Positions 1-8,692 of a stretch of DNA of 42,586 nt are shown here, one piece after another; the first letter of the stretch is position 1, and each line of letters begins with the position of its first letter. Source of the DNA: an uncultured Quadrisphaera sp. (GTDB lineage: Bacteria > Actinomycetota > Actinomycetes > Actinomycetales > Quadrisphaeraceae); the NCBI GenBank assembly GCA_902806005.1, contig CADCUY010000466.1:1-42586 (forward strand). The letters run 5' to 3'. The notes below the pieces were generated by a model, which saw only the letters and a program-made list of their open reading frames with translations, was not told the DNA's origin and did no database searches. The position numbers and the translations under genes were made by a program.

Positions 1-1180
1 GGCCCCGTGCCCCGCCCGGCTCCGCGAGGCCGGGGCGGCCGCCGTCGTCGTCCGCGGCGGCGAGCGGGCCGCCGGGGCGCCCGCGCCCGTCGTCGACGAC
101 CTCGACCTCGAGGCGGGAGCCGACCGCGCGCAGCAGCACGGTGGCGGAGGTGCCCGGGCCCGCGTGCTTGAGGGCGTTGGTCAGCGCCTCCTGCACGATC
201 CGGTACACGGCCAGTGCCGGCCCGGCGCCCAGGTCGGGCGGGGTCCCCTCGCGGGTCATGACCACGGCGAGGCCCGCGGCGCGCACCTGGGCGAGCAGGG
301 AGGAGAGGTCGTCGGTGCCCGGCAGCGGCTGCCGGCCCGCCGGCGTGCCGCGGGCGTCGTCGCGCAGCAGGTCGAGCAGGCGCCGCATCTCGGCCAGCGC
401 CTGGCGGCCCGTGGACGACAGGGCCAGCAGGGCGGTGGGCTCGGGCGGGCGCGGTGGCTGAGCACCCGCACCGGCGGCCAGGCCGTCGGAGAGGGTGATC
501 ATCACCGTCAGGGAGTGGGCGACGATGTCGTGCATCTCTCCGGCGATGCGCGAGCGCTCCGCGGCGACGGCGAGGCGCGTGTCCAGCTCGCGCTCGGCCT
601 CCAGCCGGCGGGCGCGCTCCTCCAGCGCCGCCAGGTGCTCGCCGCGCACGCGGGTGTTCGCGCCGAGGAGCAGCGCGGCGCTGAGCAGGGAGCCCACCAG
701 CGCCAGCGCCCCCACCAGGGGCACGGGCTCACCGTCGTCACCGGCGGGCAGGCCCGCGAAGCGGAGGACGACGACGAGGACGAACTGGGCGGCCGCGGCG
801 GTGACCACGGCGGCCAGCACCCGGCCGTGCCGGTGCAGGGCCACGGCGTGCACCGCGATCAGCGTGAGCACCACGGGGAACGCGGGGGCCGCGGGCACGG
901 CCAGGTAGGTCAGGGAGGAGATCGCCACGACCGCCGCGAAGGCGGCCACCGGGCGCTGGTGGCGGGCGAGCAGCGGTGCGGCCCCCGCGGCCAGCCACAC
1001 CGGGCCCAGCGCCCCGAAGGTCTCCACCGCGTCGAAGGAGAGCGCGACCACCCACACCAGCAGCCACACGGCGCTCATCGAGCGCGGGTGGGTGCTCACC
1101 CACGAGCGCAGGACCTGCACCCCGCCAGCGTAGGGGCGCTGGGCGGGGTGCAGGTCCGGGCTCGTCGCGGCGTCCCTCAC
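1..1180 (-). CDS. Sensor histidine kinase, HisKA_3 (NarL-partner) type; 3' end runs off the left edge
   Basis: My own minus-strand translation; the frame is absent from the ORF track because it has no in-window stop. It shows hydrophobic N-terminal segments (AVWLLVWVVALSF, VVLTLIAVHAV, LVGALALVGSLLSAALLLG), the H-box ERSRIAGEMHDIVAHSLTVM, the N-box VYRIVQEALTNALKHAG, and VEVVDDGRG. The candidate GTG at 1180 overlaps the permease stop (GTGA). An alternative GTG is at 1120. Confidence 0.85.
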   Translation of the reverse strand, partial: MRDAATSPDLHPAQRPYAGGVQVLRSWVSTHPRSMSAVWLLVWVVALSFDAVETFGALGPVWLAAGAAPLLARHQRPVAAFAAVVAISSLTYLAVPAAPAFPVVLTLIAVHAVALHRHGRVLAAVVTAAAAQFVLVVVLRFAGLPAGDDGEPVPLVGALALVGSLLSAALLLGANTRVRGEHLAALEERARRLEAERELDTRLAVAAERSRIAGEMHDIVAHSLTVMITLSDGLAAGAGAQPPRPPEPTALLALSSTGRQALAEMRRLLDLLRDDARGTPAGRQPLPGTDDLSSLLAQVRAAGLAVVMTREGTPPDLGAGPALAVYRIVQEALTNALKHAGPGTSATVLLRAVGSRLEVEVVDDGRGRPGGPLAAADDDGGRPGLAEPGGARG

Positions 1181-2025
1181 GCGTCCCGGCGCTGGAGCAG
1201 GACCCCTCCGACCAGGAGCGGGACCAGGGCCCACGCCGCCAGCGTGCCGGCGGCGGCGGCGTCGGAGAGGGCCGCAGTCCCGGCCACGGTCGCCGACAGC
1301 GACTCCCCGGCGGCGCTGGGGAAGTACTTCGTGGCGGTCTCGACGAAGCCCCAGGGCAGCAGGGGCAGCAGCGGCGGGAGCACGAACACCAGCGCCACCA
1401 GCACGGTGATGGCGGCCGCGCTGCTGCGCAGCAGCGCGGCGGTGCCCAGGCCGAGGAGCGCGACGGCGGTCAGGTACCCCGTGCTCCCGAGGACCGCGCC
1501 CCAGGAGAAGGGCAGCCCGCCGTCGACGACCAGGGAGCCGATCCACAGCGAGCCCGCGGACAGCGCGAGGGCCAGGGGCGCGACGACCGCGACCAGGACG
1601 ACCGCCTTGGCGCTCAGCACGGGCCACCGCGCCGGCACCGCCGTCAGGCTCGCGGTGATGGTGCCGGTGGCGTACTCCCCGGACACCTGCAGGGCGCCGA
1701 GCACCCCCAGGACGAGGGCGGCCAGGCCGGTGCCGGCGAGCACGGCCGCGGTGGGGTCGGCCCCGAAGCCGCCGTCCGGCTCGCCGCTGGAGAGGTTCGA
1801 GCCGATCGCCGCCGCGAGGCCCAGGGCGACCAGCGCGGCCAGGCCGAGGGTGGCCCAGGTCGAGCGCAGCGAGCGCAGCTTGGTCCACTCCGAGCGGACC
1901 ACCCGGTGCAGCGCGACGCCCCCCTCCTCCTGGCGCGGGGAGGGTGAGCGGTCCTGCGGGTGCCGGTCAGCCCGGTGGCCGGGGTCGGTGGTCCGCGGTG
2001 CGGTGGCGGTGGCGGTGGCGCTCAT
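1177..2025 (-). CDS. ABC-2 type transporter permease
   Basis: This is the C-terminal 283 aa of ORF 1177..3009. It contains SEWTKLRSLRSTWATLG followed by about 6 hydrophobic spans. The ATG at 2025 overlaps the ATPase stop (ATGA). An internal GTG (VVRSEWTK) is an alternative start. Confidence 0.85.
   Translation of the reverse strand: MSATATATAPRTTDPGHRADRHPQDRSPSPRQEEGGVALHRVVRSEWTKLRSLRSTWATLGLAALVALGLAAAIGSNLSSGEPDGGFGADPTAAVLAGTGLAALVLGVLGALQVSGEYATGTITASLTAVPARWPVLSAKAVVLVAVVAPLALALSAGSLWIGSLVVDGGLPFSWGAVLGSTGYLTAVALLGLGTAALLRSSAAAITVLVALVFVLPPLLPLLPWGFVETATKYFPSAAGESLSATVAGTAALSDAAAAGTLAAWALVPLLVGGVLLQRRDA
2002..2019 (-). repeat. Perfect (GCCACC)x3 hexanucleotide tandem repeat in codons 3-8 of the permease (ATATAT)
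   Basis: The plus strand reads ggtggc ggtggc ggtggc directly before the ATG (cat at 2023..2025). Confidence 0.9.
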
Positions 2026-2966
2026 GCTGCCTGCTCCAGGGTCTCGGTGGTGCTCTGGCGGGACGTGTCGGTGCGGTACTCGCGGCTGTCGCCGGTGAGC
2101 GTCATGTAGACCTCCTCCAGGGAGGCGGGCTCGGTGTGCAGCTCGTGCAGGGTGATGCCGTGGGCGCCGGCCAGGTCGCCGACGGTGCCGGCGTCCAGGC
2201 CGGTGACGCTGAGCCGCCCCGGCGCCGCGGTGGCCACGGAGGCACCCGCGACCAGCAGCAGGTGCGCGAGCTCGTCGGCCCGGGGCGAGACGACGTCGAC
2301 CGGCCGGTCCGTGGCGGTGGCGATCAGCTCCGCGACCGTCGTGTCGGCCAGGAGCCGCCCGCGGCCGACGACCACCAGGTGCTCGGCGGTCAGGGCCATC
2401 TCGCTCATGAGGTGGCTGGAGATCAGCACGGTGCGCCCCTCGGCGGCCAGCGAGCGCAGCAGGGTGCGGATCCACAGCACCCCGTCGGGGTCGAGGCCGT
2501 TGACCGGCTCGTCGAGGATGATGGTCTGGGGGTCGCCGAGCAGGGCCACGCCGATGCCCAGGCGCTGGCCCATGCCGAGCGAGAACGCCCCGACCCGCTT
2601 GCCGGCCACGTCGTGCAGCCCGACCGTGTGGAGCACCTCCTCGACCCGTGCCCGGGGCAGCCCGTGCGTGCGGGCCAGGCTCAGCAGGTGGTCGCGGGCG
2701 CTGCGCCCGGGGTGCACCGCCTTGGCCTCGAGCAGCGCCCCGACCGCGCGCAGCGGCGCTCGGTGCTCGGCGTAGGAGCGCCCGTCGATGGTGGCCCGAC
2801 CGCTGGTCGGCCGGTCGAGCCCCATGATCATGCGCATCGTCGTGGACTTCCCGGCGCCGTTCGGCCCGAGGAAGCCGGTGACCTGGCCCGCGGGGACGGT
2901 GAAGCTCAGCTCCTCGACCGCGGTCTTCGCGCCGTACCTCTTGGTCAGCTGCTGGACGTCGATCAT
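2022..2966 (-). CDS. ABC transporter ATP-binding protein
   Basis: ORF 2022..2966 has Walker A GPNGAGKST, signature LSLGMGQRL and Walker B IILDEP. A GGAGGAGGA Shine-Dalgarno lies 5 nt upstream of the ATG. Confidence 0.95.
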   Translation of the reverse strand: MIDVQQLTKRYGAKTAVEELSFTVPAGQVTGFLGPNGAGKSTTMRMIMGLDRPTSGRATIDGRSYAEHRAPLRAVGALLEAKAVHPGRSARDHLLSLARTHGLPRARVEEVLHTVGLHDVAGKRVGAFSLGMGQRLGIGVALLGDPQTIILDEPVNGLDPDGVLWIRTLLRSLAAEGRTVLISSHLMSEMALTAEHLVVVGRGRLLADTTVAELIATATDRPVDVVSPRADELAHLLLVAGASVATAAPGRLSVTGLDAGTVGDLAGAHGITLHELHTEPASLEEVYMTLTGDSREYRTDTSRQSTTETLEQAA

Positions 2967-3144
2967 CTGGTCCTCCTCCGGTGGTGGGCTCTGGTGAGCA
3001 CCTCTCCACGCTAGGAGCGGACGCAGGGCCGCGGGAGCGCCGCAGGTGGTGTCTCGGCGGCCGGCGACCCCGTCGCGAGGAGGGGGTGGGCAGACCCGGA
3101 GGACTGGTGGTCAGGGGGCGTGGCCGCCGCCCTGGGTCCCGTCG

Positions 3145-3927
3145 TCAGTACTTGGCGGACTGGCCGCCGTCGATCGGGACGACCGCGCCGTTGACGAAGC
3201 TGGCCTCCCCTGAGAGCAGGAAGGCGACCACGGCGGCGACCTCCTCGGGGCGCCCGAAGCGCCGGGTGGGGTTCGCCTGCACGAACGCCGCCCCGGCGCC
3301 CTCGGGGTCCTCGGGCGCGGCCTGGCGCAGGGCCCCCTCGACCATGGGCGTCATGATCGCTCCCGGGGCGACGGCGTTGATCGTGATGCCCGTGTGCCCG
3401 TACTCGACGGCGGCGTTGCGCGTCAGGCCCACGACGCCGTGCTTGGCGGCGGCGTAGCCGGACTGGCGGCCGACCCCGCGGATGCCGCCGACCGAGGCGG
3501 TGTTGACGATCGCCCCGCTGCCCTGGGGGCGCATGACCGCCAGCACCGCGGCCATCCCGTAGAAGACCCCGCGCAGGTCGACGCCCAGGACCCGGTCGAA
3601 CTCCTCGGCCCCGAAGTCCTCGGTGAGGTTCTGCCGGCCCTCGATGCCGGCGTTGTTGAAGAACCCGTCGATGCGGCCGAACTCCGCGACGGTGCGCTCG
3701 ACGTAGCCGCGCACGTCCGCCTCGGAGGTGACGTCCGCGGTGACGGTGACGACCTCGGCGCCGGGCGCGGCGTCGAGGACCGCCTGCTCGGCCCTGGCCA
3801 GACCGGGCTCGTCCACGTCGACCAGGACCAGCCTCGCTCCCTCGGAGGCGAGCCGGACGGCGGTGGCGAGCCCCAGCCCTGAAGCGCCGCCCGTGATGAC
3901 GACGACCGCGTCGGTGAACCTCGGCAC
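3145..3927 (-). CDS. SDR family NAD(P)-dependent oxidoreductase
   Basis: The C-terminal 260 aa of ORF 3145..4668 carry ITGGASGLG, NNAG and S...YAAAK. The GTG at 3927 is preceded by GGGAAGGGAG. Confidence 0.92.
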   Translation of the reverse strand: MPRFTDAVVVITGGASGLGLATAVRLASEGARLVLVDVDEPGLARAEQAVLDAAPGAEVVTVTADVTSEADVRGYVERTVAEFGRIDGFFNNAGIEGRQNLTEDFGAEEFDRVLGVDLRGVFYGMAAVLAVMRPQGSGAIVNTASVGGIRGVGRQSGYAAAKHGVVGLTRNAAVEYGHTGITINAVAPGAIMTPMVEGALRQAAPEDPEGAGAAFVQANPTRRFGRPEEVAAVVAFLLSGEASFVNGAVVPIDGGQSAKY

Positions 3928-4073
3928 GGTGGCTCCCTTCCCGGCTGGGCCACGCAGCGTAGTCGTCCTGGAACGCCTCGGTCCACGGGCCGGCGGACGC
4001 CCCCGGCCTCGTGGAGCCGCCCACCGACCGCCCGAGCTCCGCGGTGGGGCCGCAGGCGACCGGTGCGGTGGGT

Positions 4074-5213
4074 TCAGCGGGTCCCGTGGGCCCGGCGGTG
4101 GCGGGACACGGCGTCCAGGCCGTCGCGCGGGTCGGCGACCCGGTCGGGTGCCGGCGCACCCGCTGCGACGGGGGCGCGGGCGTCCACGAGCAGCGGCCCG
4201 ACCGCCGCCCCGAGCAGCTCGACGGTCTGGGCGCGGTCGCGCACCGACGTGCCGTAGGTGTCGTACTTCATGTCGAAGCGCGACAGCCCGAGGGTCTCGG
4301 CGGCTCCGAGGATCTTGCGGGCGACGGTCTCGGGTGAGCCGACGAAGAGGGCCCCGTGCTCCACCTCGGCCAGGTAGTGCGCCCGGTCGGGCCGGGGGAA
4401 GCCGCGCTCGCGCGCCATGGTGGCCATGCGGTCCCGGTAGACCGGCCAGAAGGTGTCGACGGCCTCGGCGTCCGTGGCGGCGATGTGCCCGATCGAGTGC
4501 AGGCCGATCGGGCCGGGCTCGTGGCCGAGCTGCGCCGAGGCGTCCCGGTAGTACTGGCTGTGCCCGGCGAAGCGCTCGATCGCCCCGCCGATGACCGCCA
4601 TCATCAGGGGGAGGCCGTGGCGCGCCGCGCGGAGCACCGACTGCGGGCTGCCGCCGATCCCGATCCACGGGGCGGCGGACCCCGGAGCCAGCCGGGGCCG
4701 TGGCCGGTAGCCCTCCAGCGCGGGTCGCGAGAGGCCCGACCAGGTGACGGCCCCACCGTCGAGCAGCGCCAGGAAGAGCTCGAGGTTCTCCTCGAAGAGC
4801 TGGTCGTAGTCCTCCATGCTGAAGCCGAAGAGCGGGAAGGACTCCGTGGAGGAGGCGCGACCCAGGACCAGGCTCGCCCGGCCCGAGGAGGCGGCGTCCA
4901 GCGTCGCGAACTGGTGGTACAGCCGGACGGGGTCCTGGGTGCTGAGCACCGCGACCGCCGTGCCGACCCGGATCCGCTCGGTGCGTCCGGCGATCGCCCC
5001 GAGCGCGACGGTGGAGGCGCTGTCGACCTGCTCGGGGCGGTAGTGCTCGCCGATGCTGAAGACGTCGAGGCCCACGCGCTCGGCGCGGACCGCCTCCTCG
5101 ACCATGACCCGGACGGCCTCCGCGTCGGAGACCAGCCGTCCGTCGCCGTCGACCGGGACGTCGCCGAAGGCGTTGAGCCCCAGCTGGATCGGGTGGGCCG
5201 CCGTCGTGGGCAC
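4074..5213 (-). CDS. LLM-class (luciferase-like) flavin/F420-dependent oxidoreductase
   Basis: The C-terminal 379 aa of ORF 4074..5729 (IQLGLNAFGD..., FSIGEHY, typical LLM layout). The GTG at 5213 is preceded by GAGAGGAGGTG. Confidence 0.88.
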   Translation of the reverse strand: MPTTAAHPIQLGLNAFGDVPVDGDGRLVSDAEAVRVMVEEAVRAERVGLDVFSIGEHYRPEQVDSASTVALGAIAGRTERIRVGTAVAVLSTQDPVRLYHQFATLDAASSGRASLVLGRASSTESFPLFGFSMEDYDQLFEENLELFLALLDGGAVTWSGLSRPALEGYRPRPRLAPGSAAPWIGIGGSPQSVLRAARHGLPLMMAVIGGAIERFAGHSQYYRDASAQLGHEPGPIGLHSIGHIAATDAEAVDTFWPVYRDRMATMARERGFPRPDRAHYLAEVEHGALFVGSPETVARKILGAAETLGLSRFDMKYDTYGTSVRDRAQTVELLGAAVGPLLVDARAPVAAGAPAPDRVADPRDGLDAVSRHRRAHGTR

Positions 5214-5265
5214 GGGCCCACCTCCTCTCGACCCCGCCAGCAGCTCCGCGGGCCGCGGCGCATCA

Positions 5266-5281
5266 AGTTGAGATCTCAACT
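5266..5281. promoter_or_regulatory. Perfect 16-bp AT-enriched palindrome AGTTGAGATCTCAACT (candidate MarR operator); degenerate second copy GTGAGACTTCAAC at 5301..5313
   Basis: Read directly from the sequence. It lies between the divergent LLM (start 5213) and MarR (start 5358) genes and stands out against the GC-rich background. Confidence 0.7.
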
Positions 5282-5329
5282 CGACTCTAGGCTGGCTGAC
5301 GTGAGACTTCAACCGACGTCGGTGGGCCC

Positions 5330-5347
5330 GTAGGGCCGCGGCCCTAC
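5330..5347. promoter_or_regulatory. Perfect 18-bp GC-rich palindrome GTAGGGCCGCGGCCCTAC, 10 nt upstream of the MarR ATG
   Basis: Read directly from the sequence. It could be a 5'UTR hairpin (7-bp stem, 4-nt loop) or a second operator. No Shine-Dalgarno is visible between it and the ATG. Confidence 0.55.
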
Positions 5348-5357
5348 CCTGCTCGCC

Positions 5358-5873
5358 ATGAGCAGCACGCCGGCCGAGGGACGGGAGGTCCCGTGGCTCG
5401 ACGACGACGAGCTGGCCGACTGGCTGGCCATCAGCGGCGTGCTGCTGGTGCTCCCCGCCGTGCTGGACGCCCAGCTGCAGCGGGACGCCGGCGTCTCCCT
5501 GTTCAGCTACCTGGTCATGGCGAGGCTGTCGGAGGTCCCGGAGCGGACGCTGCAGATGAGCCAGCTCGCCGCGATCACGCACGGCTCCCTCTCGAAGCTG
5601 TCCCACGCGGTCACCAGCCTCGAGCGGCACGGCTGGGTGCGGCGCCGGCCGTCGGGGGAGGGGCGTGCCACGGTCGCGACGCTGACCGACGCCGGCCACG
5701 AGAAGCTGGTCAGGACGGCGCCGGGGCACGTCGCGACCGTGCGGGAGGTGGTGCTGGACCCCCTCGCCCCCCAGCAGCGCCGCGCCCTCGCCGACGCCGC
5801 CGCCCTCGTCCTGGGGGCCCTCGGCGCCGCCGGCGCCCTGCGGGTCGCCGACCGGCCGTCGTCCGGGGGATGA
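5358..5873 (+). CDS. MarR family transcriptional regulator
   Basis: ORF of 171 aa with a winged-HTH region: LQMSQLAAITHGSLSKLSHAVTSLERHGWVRRRP...ATLTDAG. Confidence 0.9.
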   Translation: MSSTPAEGREVPWLDDDELADWLAISGVLLVLPAVLDAQLQRDAGVSLFSYLVMARLSEVPERTLQMSQLAAITHGSLSKLSHAVTSLERHGWVRRRPSGEGRATVATLTDAGHEKLVRTAPGHVATVREVVLDPLAPQQRRALADAAALVLGALGAAGALRVADRPSSGG

Positions 5874-5897
5874 CGGCGACCTCGCTCGCCCCGCCGC

Positions 5898-6380
5898 TCA
5901 GTCCGCGGTGACCCGGCCGGCCACCAGGTTCTGCTCGGCCTGGGCGAGCCGGTCGAGCAGCTCGGTGCGCTGCCCGTCGCTCATCCCCGCGACCGTCATG
6001 GCCTCCAGGTCGGCCCAGAGGCCCTCGACGGCCTCCCGCAGCCGCAGTCCCGCCTCGGTCGCCTGGACCCGCGTCGCCCGACCGTCGCGCGGATCGGCCT
6101 CCCGGCTCACCAGCCCGGCCCGTTCGAGCCGTTGGACGCTGCGGGTCATCGAGCCCGAGTCGGTGTCGAAGACCCGCATCAGCTGGGTCTGGCGCTGGGG
6201 GCCGGCCTCCCACAGGTGCATCAGCAGCAGCTCCTGGCCGGGGTGCAGGCCCACCGCGCGCAGCAGCTGCTGCGCGCGCGCCCGGTGCAGCCGGGTCACG
6301 CGGATGATCGCGTTGCTGACCGGCCCGGTCGCTGCCGCCGCCGCCGCGGGCGGCCGCAGGACGGCTCGCTCGTCGGTCAC
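5898..6380 (-). CDS. MarR family transcriptional regulator
   Basis: ORF of 160 aa with LHPGQELLLMHLWEAGPQRQTQLMRVF..SMTRSVQRLERAGLV.R..DPRDGRATRV.ATEAG. It starts with GTG and is convergent with the first MarR gene. Confidence 0.9.
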   Translation of the reverse strand: MTDERAVLRPPAAAAAATGPVSNAIIRVTRLHRARAQQLLRAVGLHPGQELLLMHLWEAGPQRQTQLMRVFDTDSGSMTRSVQRLERAGLVSREADPRDGRATRVQATEAGLRLREAVEGLWADLEAMTVAGMSDGQRTELLDRLAQAEQNLVAGRVTAD

Positions 6381-6478
6381 CGGCCGAGGATAGGCGCCGC
6401 CGCCGCCCGCCCGGGGTGCGCTGGCCCGCTGGGTGCCCGGTGCGCCGGCCGCGGGAATGCCGCACCCCCCTCCCGACT

Positions 6479-6499
6479 TACCTACCTCAGACAGGTACT
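6479..6499. promoter_or_regulatory. Weak inverted repeat TACCT-N9-AGGTA in an AT-enriched patch of the MarR2/ADH divergent region
   Basis: The sequence ttacctacctcagacaggtactt was read directly. The arms are only 5-6 bp. Confidence 0.3.
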
Positions 6500-6529
6500 T
6501 TTCCCGTCCGAGAAGAGGAGGTGGTCTCC

Positions 6530-7543
6530 GTGGCCCTCATGCCCGCCGTCGTCCTCACGGGCGACCGGAGGATCGAGCTGCGCGACCGGGCAGAACCGGA
6601 CCGGCGCGCTGACCAGGTGATCGTCGACATCGACCTGTGCGGCATCTGCGGGAGCGACCTGCACTCGCCCGACCTGCCGCAGGTCTACCGCGGAGGGTTC
6701 ACCCTCGGCCACGAGGCCACCGGCGTGCTCAGCTGGGTGGGCGACGACGTCGACGGGTGGGCCGTGGGCCAGCGCGTCGCCGTCAACCCCAACGGCAACG
6801 TGGACGGGACCTGCGAGCACTGCCGGGCCGGTCGTCGGAACTTCTGCCGCCGGGCGACGATGGAGACCGCGCTGGGGCTGCAGATGGACGGCGGTCTGGC
6901 CCCGAGGATGGCGGCCTTCCCCGGCTCCCTGCGAGCCGTCCCGGAGGGCATGAGCCGGTACGCGGCGGCCTGGGTGGAGCCGACGGCGACCGCGCTGCGT
7001 GCCGTGGGCCAGGCCGGTGACCTCACCGGGGCCGACGTCCTGGTCACCGGCGGCGGCCCGATCGGGCAGCTGGTGCTCCGCCTGTGCCGGCTCCGCGGCG
7101 CCGGCTCGCTCACCCTCGTCGAGCCCTCGGAGGAGCGGCGCCGCTTCGGTGCGGCGTCGGGGGCGGACGCCAGCCTCGACCCCGCCGCGGCGCGGCGCGA
7201 CCTGCGGGACCTGCGTGCCGACGTCGCGATCGAGGCCTCGGGCAGCGGCAGGGCCGTCGAGCTGGCGGTGGACGCGCTCGAGCCGCAGGGCGTCCTGGTG
7301 GTGGTCGGGGCGAGCGACAAGACCGGGCTCGACCCGGCCGCGATCCTGTTCAAGGAGCTCACGGTGCGCGGGTCCTTCACCTACGACGCCGAGTTCGACG
7401 ACGCCGTCGCGCTCCTGGCCGACGGCGCCGTGGCGGTCGACGACCTGACCACCCGCGTGAGCCCGCTCGACGGGGCGCTGGACGCCTTCGCCTCCCTGCG
7501 GAGCGCCAGCACCCTGAAGGTCCTCATCGACCCGACCGGCTGA
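6530..7543 (+). CDS. Zinc-dependent alcohol dehydrogenase family (threonine/sorbitol dehydrogenase-like)
   Basis: Motifs CGICGSDLH, GHEATG, the structural-zinc site CEHCRAGRRNFC, and GGGPIGQ. GAGGAGG lies 8 nt upstream of the GTG at 6530; the in-frame ATG at 6539 is too far from the Shine-Dalgarno. Confidence 0.92.
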   Translation: MALMPAVVLTGDRRIELRDRAEPDRRADQVIVDIDLCGICGSDLHSPDLPQVYRGGFTLGHEATGVLSWVGDDVDGWAVGQRVAVNPNGNVDGTCEHCRAGRRNFCRRATMETALGLQMDGGLAPRMAAFPGSLRAVPEGMSRYAAAWVEPTATALRAVGQAGDLTGADVLVTGGGPIGQLVLRLCRLRGAGSLTLVEPSEERRRFGAASGADASLDPAAARRDLRDLRADVAIEASGSGRAVELAVDALEPQGVLVVVGASDKTGLDPAAILFKELTVRGSFTYDAEFDDAVALLADGAVAVDDLTTRVSPLDGALDAFASLRSASTLKVLIDPTG

Positions 7544-7611
7544 GCGCTGCCGGGCGCCTCCGACCGCACCAGACGACCGACCCGCACCACCGACACCCCG
7601 AGGAGAACACG

Positions 7612-8619
7612 ATGAAGGCGATCCAGATGACCGAGCAGGGCGGACCCGAGGTCCTGGAGCTGGTGGAGGTGCCCGACCCCGTGGCGGGCCCCGGCCAGGT
7701 GCTGATCCGCGTCACGGCCGCGTCGGTGAACTTCTCCGACGTCATGCGCCGTCGCGGTGACGACTACCCCGTGCCGACCCCCTCGCCGTTCACCCCCGGC
7801 GCGGAGGTCGCCGGCACGGTGGCCGCGCTCGGGGAGGGCGTGGACGGGCCCGCCGTCGGGACCAGGGTGTTCGCCCTCGTCGGCGCCGACGCCTCGGGCG
7901 GCTACGCCGAGCTCGCGCTCGCCCACGCCCCCAGCGTGATCCCCGTCCCCGCCGGCCTGGACGACGACGCGGCGGCCGGGATCGTCGTCGCCGGGCTGGG
8001 CGCGACGCTGATGCTCACCCAGTCGCTGAGCCTGACCTCGGGGCAGAGCGTCTTCATCCCGGCCGCCGCCGGGGGCGTCGGCGGCTACGCGGTGCAGATC
8101 GCGAAGCTGCTGGGCGCAGGGCCCGTGATCGCCGGTGCGAGCACCGCCGCCAAGCGCGAGATCGCCGCCGCCCTGGGTGCGGACCACGTGATCGACTACA
8201 CCGCCGCCGACTGGGCCGAGCAGGTCCGGGAGCTCACCGGCGGCAGCGGGGTCGACGCCGCCCTGGAGATGACCGGCGGTGCGCGCCTCGCGCAGACGCT
8301 GAGCACGCTGGCCCCCTTCGGGAAGATGGTGGTCTACGGCTCGGTCAGCGGCGAGGTCGGCACCCTGGACGAGCAGGCGATCAAGCCGTGGCTCTACGAC
8401 CCGGCACCCAACCAGTCGGTCCTCGGCTTCAACCTCGGCCCCTGGTTCGCGTCGCGGCTGCCGGTCGCGGGCGCGGCCCTGCAGCAGCTGGTCGGATGGG
8501 TGGCGTCCGGGCAGCTGCAGGTCACCGTGTCCCAGGCCTTCCCCCTCGCCGAGGCGGCCGAGGCGCACCGGCTCCTGGAGAAGGGCGCGACCACCGGCAA
8601 GCTGGTCCTCAAGCCCTGA
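7612..8619 (+). CDS. NADPH:quinone oxidoreductase / zeta-crystallin-like MDR
   Basis: MKAIQMTEQGGPEVLELVEVP..., AAGGVGGYAVQIAKLLGA, and C-terminal TGKLVLKP. GAGGAG lies upstream of the ATG. Confidence 0.92.
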   Translation: MKAIQMTEQGGPEVLELVEVPDPVAGPGQVLIRVTAASVNFSDVMRRRGDDYPVPTPSPFTPGAEVAGTVAALGEGVDGPAVGTRVFALVGADASGGYAELALAHAPSVIPVPAGLDDDAAAGIVVAGLGATLMLTQSLSLTSGQSVFIPAAAGGVGGYAVQIAKLLGAGPVIAGASTAAKREIAAALGADHVIDYTAADWAEQVRELTGGSGVDAALEMTGGARLAQTLSTLAPFGKMVVYGSVSGEVGTLDEQAIKPWLYDPAPNQSVLGFNLGPWFASRLPVAGAALQQLVGWVASGQLQVTVSQAFPLAEAAEAHRLLEKGATTGKLVLKP

Positions 8620-8692
8620 CCCACCGGGCCCGGCGAGGAGATCATCCGATCCGCCTAGCCAGCCCGGCGCTCCCCGCGCCGATGCACGGGGG

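Noticed and set aside
1-110. Possible frameshift at the extreme 3' part of the histidine kinase: the expected GHGL.GMRER G2-box is not seen in frame, and a GHG appears in another frame at the window edge.
   Set aside because: Too little sequence remains before the edge to distinguish a frameshift from a divergent linker.
164-2098. Very long ORFs antisense to or out of frame with real genes: 164..2098 +, 7381..10137 -, 14732..16801 -, 16197..18173 +, 21926..23797 -, 35287..37383 -, and the first ~520 codons of 39440..42058 +.
   Set aside because: Their products are Arg/Pro/Gly/Ala-rich low-complexity strings without motifs, while the overlapping frames encode clearly recognisable domain proteins. 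Long stop-free shadow frames are expected in DNA this GC-rich.
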